In this document: piece by piece, positions 1 through 12,400 of the stretch
How the letters are laid out: each line of letters opens with the position of its first letter
Position numbering within the stretch: the stretch's first letter is position 1
DNA from: Strigamia acuminata
Lineage: Eukaryota
Length of the DNA: 64,000 nucleotides
Assembly: GCA_949358305.1 (NCBI GenBank)
Contig: OX442314.1
Span: 18,476,001 to 18,540,000, forward strand
Direction: 5' to 3'
Notes under the pieces: model-generated
Told to the model about the DNA's origin: nothing
The model's input: only the letters and a program-made list of their open reading frames with translations
Databases searched by the model: none
Program-made: the position numbers and the translations under genes

Positions 1-1528
1 TGTGATTGAAATCGTTGTGAAAGAGGAATACAAATAAAATATGAAATGTTTATTGCAATTTTTATATATTTTATGTTGCAGTTCTGAGTTTCTTTTTATT
101 TTTATAGTCTAATACGTTTGACGAAAAACGTCGAATTCTGACAGATACTTATTCTATTATCTGCGAAAAAGTCTTTTTGTATTCATCTTTTTATTTATTT
201 TGTTTCGCTTGAAATTTTTTGATTTGGGGGGAAAAAATTGCGCCATTTTCTTTCTTGGATGAAATCCGTCTATCTTCTTTTTTTGTTGGACAACTGCCAG
301 TTACACTAATCATGTGGCGGTGGTTCCAAGTACTCTTACAAGGGCTGCGCCTCTGTTTACTTTAAAGTGTGCAATGGGGATTCAGTGATTATATGTACAT
401 CTCGAAAGCCTAGCCAGGCGTTTTTAAATTTATAAATCAAATGAAATTAGTAGCTAGCTGCTTGAAAAATAGGTTTTTTTTGTGTGCGCGCATGTGCGGC
501 TTTAAAGTTCTTTTATTTTTTAGAAGGCGAGTTCGAAATAATAATTTAAAAAAATAATAATAATAAGTAAAAACACTAAAACCATTTCCAGTGTTGATTT
601 TTTTTTCTTTTGTAAATGTTAGATGGTTTTAAGCGAGGGAAGTAGGCGAGGCGCAGCATTGAAACATTTGTTGATTTTTTTTTTTTACAGAAGAGAACTT
701 TACATTTAAAGAAACGAACCTCGAGAAACGTGAAAATATTTCTATTTTCGAATGCACCGTGTGTTTTATTGAATTGTAGGCCTACTTCGTAGTTTATTTT
801 CAAAATACAGTATGTGCAAAAAGATAGGAATGGCCAAATCATAAGTCATTTATTTTATGATAAAAGAGTAGTTCTGTTTTAAAAAAATGGAAAAGTATGG
901 TTTTGATAGGTGCTGTTCAATCTGTGTGTCGAAAAAAGGATTCTTTATGTATCTTCCAGCTGACAAAAAGAGTCAAATTGAATTTTTTCTTGTGAGTGAT
1001 AGATTTGTATCAAAATCTCAGAATTGCATTTAATGTTTAAGTGAAACAAAGTATTTTGTTTAGTTTTACATTCGTTTTGTCACTCTAGTTCCCTTTTCGC
1101 ACTCACAACAGGCAATACTTAACGTATCTGTCTGCATTTTAAGCACTGTTACGAGGTAACAAAACGTAATTGCTTAGCTAAGTGGATATTTTATGTTTGG
1201 AAAAGTTTGAATTTACCCTCTTTATTATTCCCATTGGTACATGGAGATGGAGAATAAATTGAAAAATCGAAGAATGCAATAAAGATGTCGGGGATTAGGG
1301 TTGAAGCACAAGTAAAATTTATGAAAGTGTTAGACTTAGGTCGATTGCTGCTTTTTGTCGTGTGGCATGGGCAAATTTTCTCAGCTGCTCGTATATTTTA
1401 TCAAATTTTTGACGTTTCCGGCGTTTCAGTAAACCGCATGATTGAAAATATTCCAGAATAAAGATGACATCTCAGTTTTGAAAGTTGCGTCACAAAGGTT
1501 TGATATAAATATTGTTATATTTTTTTAG

Positions 1529-4500
1529 AACCCTGACATTGTACTTGTACATTACCTCAATGTACCGTACAGCGATGACAATAAACTGGTTATTGCACCT
1601 AGCCTCAGTTTCTGTGGGGACAAGAAAGAGTGGACCAAAGAAGAACTTATTTCTCAACTTAAACCAATGTGTAAGTAAAAGATAAGTACTCAGTAGACAG
1701 TTTAGCACTTTAATATCTAGTGATTTCTTTAGTTTTCAGTGAAAATGAACCTGATCTCAACAACGAACTGGAAATATCGGTAAAGTTTGTACTATATTGT
1801 GTATTGCGTGTTTCGAATTGTACATGTAACGAGTTTGTGTAGACGGCGGAAACTGTAGAGGCAATCGTACAGCAATTGATGGAGAAGCAGCGCGTCCGCA
1901 ACCAGGTGAAAACGCACGAATGTCCTTGCGACAACCAGGGTGCTAAAAACAGCATACAGTGCGACAGCAAAAAGTGCAATCACACGTTGCATCGGATCAT
2001 CTCACCCAAGACCGGCGAAGCTGGTGCGGTGGGCCAACACCAGCATCATCATCCGTCAACGGCAGCAAGTGCCACGGGGCCCACGACGACGCACCGAGTC
2101 GCACCGCGCAAGACAGCGGCAACGTTTTCTACCATCACTGCCGGTTCGAAACCGTGTCGATCGACGATTACTGTCGACACGACGACGACGACGACACGAG
2201 TTTCGCCGTCGCAGGCTTCTGCGCCTCCTGCTTTAACAACTCCCAAATCGACAGACTCGCCTACGACTCCCTCGACACCTGCAGCAGCCGGTTCAGTGCC
2301 CCCTGCCTCGGCGGCTCCTCTCATACTCAACTTGTCACAACTGCAGGGCGGGGGCGGACTCCTCATTCTCAACAGCTCGCCCACGCCTGCGTCCCTCACT
2401 CCGCTCACCCTCGCCTCCTTCGTGTGCAACCAAGGGGCCGTATCGGCCACTCATGTTACGTCCACGGCACGCGGGGGTAGTGCTGATGGAGGAACCGGGG
2501 CGGACGTTGAGTTGGTCAGTTCGTCTGTGGACGGGTCGTTGAAAAGGGAAAGTGACGACGAGTCCAAGTTGGAGCGAACGACGGCGATGGACTCGAGCAC
2601 GTACGAGAGCATGTTGACATCGGACGATAACAAATTAGATAGGACTCTGCTTAGCGCATCGAATCGTACAAATTCTCCTCCGTACGGTGATGAGATGAAG
2701 ACGAAAACAGAAACCATCCATTTGTTCGACAACGAGACGCTCGATTTGTCGCAGGAAGACATCCAGAAGACGCTCTCGGCCAATTTGCCCACCTGTTCGA
2801 CCGGGCGTCTCGGCGGGCATAAAGTAAGCCTAACCTTGTCATTTAAGTTAAAATTAAATTTCTCCAATTTATTCGAATAGGTAAATGAATCCCATCACCA
2901 GCAACATCACAATCATCATCACAACCAATACGAGATGGATGCGACGGATCTGAATCCGATGGATTTCATCGACAATGACGTTTCCACACCTGACGAAGAC
3001 GTGTTTGTCAATCTAGATGCGTTCGACATGCTCACCGATTTCAGCGACTTGGATCCAGTGAATCCTGAGCTTTCGGCCGCATCTTCGGCTCTTTCGTGCT
3101 CTGCGGGCGCCTCTTCGGTGGGCTCGTCCGGAGGGGGCAGCAAGGCCGCCTCATCCCACAACGGGAGTACGTCGCGAATGGACTACCGCGAAGGGACGGC
3201 TAATATTACCGACTTCTCACCGGATTGGTCCTATCCGGAGGGTGGAGTCAAGGTCCTCGTTACAGGACCATGGTACTCTTCTTCCTCGCCTTACAATATT
3301 TTATTCGACGGGGTTGCCATGCCCACTACGCTGGTGCAGAGCGGGGTTCTTCGATGTTTCTGCCCAGGTACATTCGACTGCGCAGTCGTACAAACTTGAC
3401 ATTTTATTTTCATTGTGTTTTCAATAGCTCATGAAGCTGGTTTGGTGACGCTGCAGGTGGCATGCGAAGGGTTTGTCATTTCGAATTCTGTGATATTTGA
3501 GTATAAAACGAGGGAAAAATCACTCTCGGATAAAGCAGACGTTTGGCTCGTTGTTGACGGTGATTAAACTCAAAAGTTTAATTTATTTCATTTCATTTTA
3601 TTTTATTTTATTTTATTTTATTTTATTTTATTTTAGAAAACTTGTTCAAGTTCACATTAATGGAACGATTGGAGCAAATCGAGAGCAAATTATCGTCGTC
3701 GGATGGGAAGAAACAAAAAGATGTGGGTGACACTGGACATGGTCGGCAGCGTTCTTTCGAGGAGCGTCTTGTCGATCTGTGCCAACAAATGGCATCAAGA
3801 CCATGGGTAAAAACGGAGGATACGAGCTTGACGTCTTGCGACGACCGTGGACTCACCTTGCTCCATCTAGCAGCTGCATTGGGCTACATGCGTTTGGTTT
3901 GTGCCCTTCTTCACTGGCGAACAGACTGTCCTTCCCTGCTTCTAGAGTCTGAAGTGGACGCGCTGAGTCGTGATCATAACAACTGCACACCTCTAGTAAT
4001 TCTTGTTACGAATTAAAAGTGAATTTTTGTCTAATCATTTTTGTTTGATTTTCTATCAGATGTGGGCATGCGCATTCGGTCACAAAGACGTAGCGCTTTT
4101 GCTGTATCAGTGGAATCAAACAGCGCTGAACGTGCGAGATGGAGAAGGACGTAACCCTCTAGATGTGGCTCGGTTGCGAGGACACAACGAACTAACACAG
4201 GAAATCGAAGTGCTTGAACAGACTCGGTTTAAAGAAAACAACGACTCCGCCTTACAAACGCCAACCGATGAATTTGTCGTCGGTACTACTTCAGTATCCG
4301 ACCACAGGTAGAAATTGAAAAATTGAAAAATTGAAAAATTGAAAAAAAGAAGAAGAAACTAAACAATTGTTTCTTTTATTTCTCCAGTCCTTCACCAAAT
4401 GAGATGCTCAATTCTCGATTGGTCAAGAGGTCATCGTTTCTGAGCGGGGGTCTCGACCCAACTTTGTCGGATGCTTGCACAAGACCGACCTTATCAAAAA

Positions 4501-6216
4501 TGTCGAAACGAGACCGGGCCTATTCTTTACCCTTGGGTTCAATGCCGTCCGTGGCGTCTATTCTAAGTGCCAGTCACATATTGGGCATTAAGGAAGAGCC
4601 CATTTCGTCTCCGTTGATGTTAATGGACACAGGTGAGAGGAGGAGAAGGAGTAAAAGGAGATGAAATTGTAATTGATTTTGTAATTGTAATTGATAGATG
4701 ATGATGTGGACGTACACAAACAGAGCTTTTCCGGCGTTTCGGGCGGGGGCTTCCTTGGACGCCGGGGAAGTTTTGGCGCTTGCGATCTTGGCGGCTCAGC
4801 GGGCGAGCAGGATTCGCGCGTGCTCACGTTAGCAGAGCAGATTATAGCGGCATTACCAGATCGAATCAAAGTGCCGGCGAGCGAGGCAGAGGAGACGATG
4901 GACGACGTGCAGAAAGACTTGGTGACAAGCACGAGTTCCGATCACGGCCACGAGGACTCGGTAGAAATGAACATTGAAGATTCGTCGTCTTCGCTTGTGC
5001 GGGCGGCGGATGCAGTTTTTGACTTTGAGTTCAGCGATCACACATACCGGTACTGTGACGTGGGAACGCCAGCGTCTTCGTTGAGTCCCACGTCATCCTC
5101 GTGTCTGCAGAGCCCTTGCAGTTTCACTCTCGACTCGCCGTCGCCACCGCCCACCACTGCCGATTTTTGCGAATTCTTTCAAGCTTCTGGAAAAATTATG
5201 GAGCGCGACTTCTCCAATCTTACTCTCTCTGGTATTTTGGCTTTTTACTTCGAGGGAAAAAAACGATGTCTGCGTAATCGAATGTGTTATGTGGTTGCAG
5301 ACAAAGAGCAGCGAGAGTTATACGAGGCAGCTAAAGTCATTCAAAAGGCTTACCGCCATTACAAAGGTCGAAAACGCCAGGAGCAGGACAAAGAACGTGC
5401 GGCCGCCATCATCATACAGAATTACTACCGTCGATATAAACAGGTTCTGCCTTTTTCTTCTACATCATTCCATATCGAATACACTTCGAACCATTATATT
5501 TACTCTTTTCAGTATGCGTACTTCAAACAAATGACTAGAGCTGCTTTAGTGATTCAAAGCCAGTTTCGCAATTATTGCGAGCACAAAAAGAGGTTTAAGA
5601 GGAGTCAGGAAGCCGCTGTTTGCATCCAGAACTACTATCGCAGCTACAAAGAACAACAAGAACGACTGCGACAGAGCCGGGAATCAACCCCGACTAGTTC
5701 AGGACTCAAGTAATTACAATCTTATCAGCAATTTTCATTTCGCTCAAACGTTTTCGATATTTTTAGACGCACCTATTCGCAGAGACGGCAACATCAGGCA
5801 GCTCGTAAAATTCAGCAATTTATGAGGCAGTCTAAGAATAAGTGAGTGATTTTTGTTGCTTTTTAAAAAGCTCTTTATCTAGGTTAAGTTGTAATAACTC
5901 TGTTGGTCTAATTGGATTTTTCTCCTCAATTTTAACGCTAACTTAGCGTGTGGGATTATTTGGATGGGAAAGCGGTGAGTCAGCTTGCGCTTGTCTTTTT
6001 TACTTGCCATTTTTCATTTTTGGTTCGCTTTTTTTCCCCTTTCCTTTCCTTTCCTTTCCTTTCCTTTGCATTGTTTTGTCGTTAGTGTGTTTTCGTTTGT
6101 GGTTTCAAGTTAACGAAACGCTCGATTTTTATAGATTACAGAAAGAGCGTGCTTTGGCTGCCGGAAACGAGACCCTAAGTCATCGGTCACGTCGGGACAG
6201 TCACCAGCCACCATAA
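1529..6216 (+). CDS. CAMTA: Calmodulin-binding transcription activator (5'-partial, multi-exon)
   Basis: The exon starting at 1529 reads [12 protein letters not shown], the end of the CG-1 DNA-binding domain. Also present: IPT/TIG domain ([23 protein letters not shown]...GVLRCFCP), ankyrin repeats ([24 protein letters not shown]) and IQ motifs ([44 protein letters not shown]). Introns are GT-AG. The 5' CG-1 exons lie upstream of the window. Confidence 0.97.
3590..3634. repeat. (TTTTA)n microsatellite in a CAMTA intron
   Basis: Direct tandem TTTTA units. Confidence 0.85.
5947..5974 (+). other. Putative 28-nt alternative microexon of CAMTA
   Basis: gctaacttag|CGTGTGGGATTATTTGGATGGGAAAGCG|gtgagt. 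Inclusion keeps an open frame through the last exon to TGA at 6252-6254. Confidence 0.65.
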
Positions 6217-9200
6217 CCGCCCTCAGCCGATCGGCTACCCCTATTAGCACGTGAATTGGATCAGAATCACTCGTGCGTTTGATTTTTATTTTCAATCCTA
6301 TTTAAAATATGGGAGTTTATATATATATATATTTTTTAATTTAGAAATATGACATTTGAAGAACTAAAGGTAGAAGGAAGCATTTGCACATGATAGAAAG
6401 ACATTAATTTAATTTAATTGATGAAACGAAGAGAAGTGTTGGGAAATATGTCTATTTCCCCCTTTTCATTTTCTTCACGGATTGCGCTGATTTCTGCACC
6501 TGAAACCGTCCCATCTTGGACGCTTTTTATCAAACTAAATACCGTAATGTTTATTTTCATATCCTTAATGTTTTAACATCTCCGGTTTACGAGGTTTCAA
6601 TTTGTTGGGTTTAGTTTAGAAATTTCAAAAAGCAGCAGTTTGAAACTTTTCAAGCTAAGGTCTAAAAAAATAACGATAATAAACATTTTAAGTTGTTTAA
6701 TGAGTAAAAAAAAATAAACAAAAAAACGTAAAAATTACCCAAAAAAGAAGAAAAAAACAAACATAATAACGATAATAATGGTAATGATAATGATAATAAT
6801 AATAATCCAGTGGTTAACTTTAACTAAATTCATTTTTTCTCATCAACTATGCACGTAACTTGGGTTTTTATCGTCTATTCATTCAAGTAATAATAAAAAT
6901 CTTACAAATATGTAAACTAAATAATACTAACCTTAGTACTTCGCCGATAGATAAATCTCTTTTTCTCTCATTCTTTTCCGAAAAATAAGATGAAATCTTT
7001 ATTGTCAGTATCTTCTAGTGACAATTTTAAGAGATCCATTTTTAGAATCGTAAAAATTACACAAGTATAAAAAAAATATTCAATATTTCTTTAATATTTT
7101 TTATTAATTAATTAATTAATTAATTAATCAAACGGGGGTGTCTTAAATAAGAAGACAAACGAGTCTTAATTTCTGTACAAACATTTGCTAGGTTTAAAAT
7201 TGTAATCTCGTGGCAATACGAAGAATTGTAACGAGCGAAGCAAACAAATTGAGACCTAGCAATTCACGTACAAACAACTTTTCTTTGGAAACTAAAAATA
7301 CTATAAATAAATGAATGTCTGCTTGTGCTGCTTACGAAGTGATCTGAATTATCTAAAAAGAAAAATTATTTTTCTGCTCGCAGGCATGATTTTTAATTCA
7401 CTTTTTATTAACATGTAATTGCGAAGAGGTTTTACGAAATGCGGACGTGAGTAGACAATATTTTGTTGTTGTAGCTTTTAATTTAAATAACTGAGAAGGA
7501 AAAAAAAAATTCTCTTTTAAAAAAAAAAATATGCTGTAAATATATATATAAATATACATTATATAAAAAAAATTATAAATATATAAATACGTTTGAAACT
7601 GGGCTAAAGAATTAATCATAACTAGTTATTTGCAGTAACATAATCACTGTACTTAACATCTTTGAAATTGTAGTTTTGGGATTCGAATTTTTTCAGCTTT
7701 GGGAAATTACAGTGTTCATAGTTCGAATTAAACTCATTCAATTAGGCTCACAATTCTGTCACGTGTTACAATGTCGCACTTGTTTGGACATTAAAAAAAA
7801 GTTTTCTTCTTACTACGTTCTATAAATATATATATTCACTTTTCAAGTTTGCAAACTTCTTAAGGCATTACTCTCACTATAATTTTTTCTATCAGTGGAC
7901 ATTTTTACCTGTAATGGTTAAATGAATTCAAGCACATGAAAAATTTTTAAATTGAGAGTAAAATCTTTCCGTTTTCTTTTTTTGTACATACGTCAGTTGT
8001 TTTTTTGGTTTTTGTCGTTTCTTTTTAATTTTTTAAGCTGACTTTTATTTTTATCCTCTGTAAATAGAGCTGTTGATGGTTTTAAAATTCTATTCTACAA
8101 AATTTTAACTGAGAGGGATAAAGTTACGGTATTGTAAATTTTAATAATTATTCTCATGATTTTTATTTTTGAAATGAGAAGAAAAAAAGATTGAATTTTT
8201 TTTTGCTTATACTAGCGGATCATATTTAATATATTTGAGAGTGAGTTTGTTGAGTCATTGGAATGCTCATTCCGGTGAATTTTTAATTAAATCCTATATA
8301 TTTTTATCCACAATTGCATTGGCAGCAAATAGCAAAACTTTGCATAATTAAAAAGAAAAAAGAAGTGGAATTGAAAGAATTGTAATAGTTTTGCGTTCTC
8401 AAATTGATGGAATGGAACGAGATGAAATTGAATGATAAGTGTTGCTCTTGGCTGCCGTTGGAATTGCAACGCTATGATCTGCTTTGATGTGTTCAAAACC
8501 ATTTTCATTTTTAATGAAGTCGTTAAAGTAACTCGAACCATGAAAGACTAGAATATAAATCTATTAGATATGCTAATTTTCTTAAGAAAAAAAGATTCTT
8601 CAAACTTGCGCCAGCAGTGTATCTTGGTTCTCGTTATCTCTGTATATGTAAATTATATATTAGTGCATCAATGTAGAATTGAAGCGAAAACCAAGGCTTC
8701 TGCGATTTTAAAACCGAAAAAAAATAACAATAAAATAACAAAAAAAAATAACAAAAGGAATTGTTCTTCGTCAGGTGTTGTGAATGTTTGGGGCTTAAAT
8801 ATTTCTATCTTAAATGTCAGTGTTTCCAAAATTCATTGCATTGCTAGTCTACATGGCTTGAATTTTTAACTTAAAAACAAAATTGTTTTCATGGCACAAC
8901 AATTCAAGTTTTATTACGTTTTAAACATGTGATTTTGTTTTCATATATTTTGTTTGTTTGTTTTTTCTTTTTCTTTTCTTTTACATCGTTTTAGCTTTTC
9001 TAGTCTGTTGTATTATTACTTAAATGGAAATTTGGTGTTCAGATAAAACTATTGTTTGTTGAGTGGCAATTGTATTCATTTTTGCAGTATTTGGTTTTGG
9101 ACTGTTCTCTGTTAACTGAAACCATTTTAGCCACTCTGGCTGTTTCAACCTGTTTCTTGCTCTTTTTTTATCCAACTAAGTCGTGCCTCAAATGAAAAAT

Positions 9201-9410
9201 AAATCATTCCAAAAATCTTTTGCCTCTACTGTTTTCAACCTTTTATTTTTGCCAATTTGAACGCTCCAATCCACCACATCAATATTTATACACTTCCACA
9301 CAAACAATTGTTATTTCGGAATCACCAACCCAAAGAAAATAAGGAATGTCTTTAGGCTTATCCTATTTGAACATTATCTTTAATCCAAAATGAGAAACAG
9401 AAATTAACAA

Positions 9411-12400
9411 TTAATATTTTCTACTATCATCATCATCAGATTTAATAGTTTTTGATTTAATATCGGGTTCATCATTGCCACTTGCATCTACGTCGAAACT
9501 TCCAATTGTCCTAGACCTAGACGATGCCGACGAAAGCAGCGATGTTTTACTCTGTTTATCAACCTCATTTGTTTCCTCAAATGTAGGCTCTACAAGCGTT
9601 ATTTCACTTTCACTTTCGTCAACTATCGTCATTGCATCTACTACATCAAAAGTCGTATTTGACTTCAGGTTACGGCTGCTAGTTATTGATGCGGCGTATG
9701 GTGCATTGAAGGTGGAGTCAGACTTTTTATATCTGCCACTAGTTCGTGTAACTCTCGTTTCAAAAAGGGACATATTAGGAGTAGCTGGCAATTCACCAGA
9801 AAACCCTTTTTTACCCATTAACCAATAGGTGGAAATTGTACCTATAGACTGAAGAAAAAACATTTTAGTCATTGCCAATATGCAAAAAGTCACTGAACTG
9901 GAATTTCCAATTCCTTTCTGAACATCAAATAATATAAACCGGTTTCATGTAGTAATGCTGCAGTTGTTTCGGATACTTGCACCGCGTAAGCTGAAATATC
10001 GATTTTATTTTTGTTTTTATTTTTGAATTTAAGTTTTAAATTAGAAAATTCTACGTTCTCCTTGAGATTCCATATGCTGCGCAATTGTAACGTCTTCACC
10101 AATTATGCAGTAGTAAGGCATTTTTAAACCAATGACTCCAGTAACGCACGAACCTGCATCAAAGTAAAAGGCTGTTAGTCTTATTGATGCTTAGTGTTTC
10201 ATTTATTTTAGTTTATTTATTTATTTTATTTATTTTGCCAGAGTGAATGCCAATTCGAATTTGAAGTCGTTTATATGGGATGTGTCTTATTGGGAAACAA
10301 GTAACCGCAGATAAAATGTGCAATGCCATTGTAGCAATGTCCTCGTGATGAAATCGATTTGCTGTAGGAATTCCGCCAACAACGCAGTCTAGAACAACAA
10401 AAGAGTGTTTGAAAATTATTAATATTATTATTATTATTATATTATTATTATATTATTTGTTATTAATTATTATACTATATTATTTAACAAGAAATCGCAA
10501 TTTCTAAAACGAGATTCGCAGTTTGATTGAATGTTTCGATCGGGTTTCGATGCAGGTCAAGCCAAGGTAGATGTTTTTTTTCTTCTTTTCTTTCTTTCTT
10601 TCTTTTATGTATCGTACATCGATTTGGTTACTTCATCCCGGGATCATTAGGTTTAATTCAGTACCGGTAGTGTTTATTAAAAAAATAAACTTGCAGCGCC
10701 CGACATATGGTTAGCGATGCCAAATGCATTTAGTGCGCATGTTAATACATAACATGGAATACGCAATTAGTACAATTTATTTTCCAAGATAAGGGAAATG
10801 AATAAGCTTTGATGATAAAACATCGGCACCAATGGCGGTCGTTATTTAAAAAGTGCAGGCAGGATGGCGGGGCGGGGACGGGATTATGCAGCTTATTTTA
10901 GTGAAACGAAAACTTACATACATCTCCAATAGTTTCCACCTTGAAAACACGAAATCTTTCGATAATATTATCAAAACATATGTATAAATCATTGAGTAAT
11001 TCAATAGTTTGCTCGGGTGTGCTCTCCTTTGCAATGTTTGTAAAACCGACAATGTTGCTACAATTTCATACAAAAGAAAGTTTTAACATTATTGGAAAAA
11101 TTGTACCATATATACCATAAACATCACCTATAAAATATAGTTACTTCACTATGCCATTCAGATATTGCATCATTACCCTGCTTAATGTTTTGAGCTACTG
11201 ACGGTGGCAAAATTCGCGAAATTAGTTCTTCGGTTTTACTTTTTTCTGATTGGATCTGAATGGCTTTTTCATTCAGGATATCTTGCAAGTGGTACGAATA
11301 TTTTTCCAACTACAAATCATACCATCAGTGTATCAACAAAATTAGATAACATTTCCTTGTGTAATTAGTTAATAATCGTTTGACCCTCGGTTTGCTCACT
11401 GAAGATGGTAGTTTTGATTTATTGTTTATTGTAGCGCCATTAATTTCATTAAAAGCACTTTATTATAGAGTTATCAGTTATTAGTTAAACTCACCATGTA
11501 AATGAGATTCTCAATTAGTTCTCCTTTTAAGGGGTGAATGACATTCAACTTTGCAGCTATTTCGCTAAAACTAGGTCGGTTTATTGGCTTTTCGGATGTG
11601 GTTTCTGATATAAGCTTGAAAAAAAATTTTAAACATTAAAATTCCATTCAAACTATCCAAAATCCAATCGTACTTTCATCACTCCCTTCTTTTCGGCAAA
11701 ATTATCAGGCATTTTAGGATTTTTTAAAGCGGGACGGATTGGACGTTTTGTGTCATAATCATGTGCTTCAAGAAGCTTCAAAGCAACTTTACAATCTATA
11801 TACATACAGCATAAATCAATTGTATTATTTACCCTTTTTATTTTTATGTTTTCAATATCTTCATGATCTCTCAGAAGTCTTAATAGCTCGTCTATTGATA
11901 AAATTTGTAGCTCGTGGAAGTAAGCAGATTTGTGAGTACAGATTTCAGTGAGAATGATGCCAAAAGAGAATACATCACTAAGTTTAGTTCCATTGTTTAA
12001 GTCATTAGGAGATGTGCAAACTCGCAACAACTCTGGAGATGTCCACAGCATGTATCTAAAAATGGACAAACCATCTTCAGTTTTTAACCAAGAAGAAAAA
12101 GTAGGCTACATTTACCTCTTCGTTTCTTCTACATAAACTTTAGAATTAATTTTTCGTATTCTTTGAATACCAAATCCTGTTAAAAATAATATTAAGTTCT
12201 CAATAGTCGGCTGACTATAACTTAGTCTGTGCCCGCTTGACGTCAAATTCAAACACTAAATTCCATTTTATGCGCACGAAAACACAAAAGAATAATACCA
12301 TTACCTGTTATTATTTCTAAAAATCACGCATTTGTGCGCAGTCAGGGATTTGTCAGTTTGATTTTGGAATCAAGAGTCCGGGCGCGAGACAGTTGTAGTT

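Noticed and set aside
1792..3434. Many overlapping alternative-frame and antisense ORFs (60-170 aa)
   Set aside because: These are shadows of the GC-rich CAMTA exons and have no independent motifs.
6214..6282. Possible stop-codon readthrough after the CAMTA TAA (in-frame ~21 codons)
   Set aside because: TAA is a poor readthrough codon, and the coding-like composition is better explained by the microexon-shifted frame.
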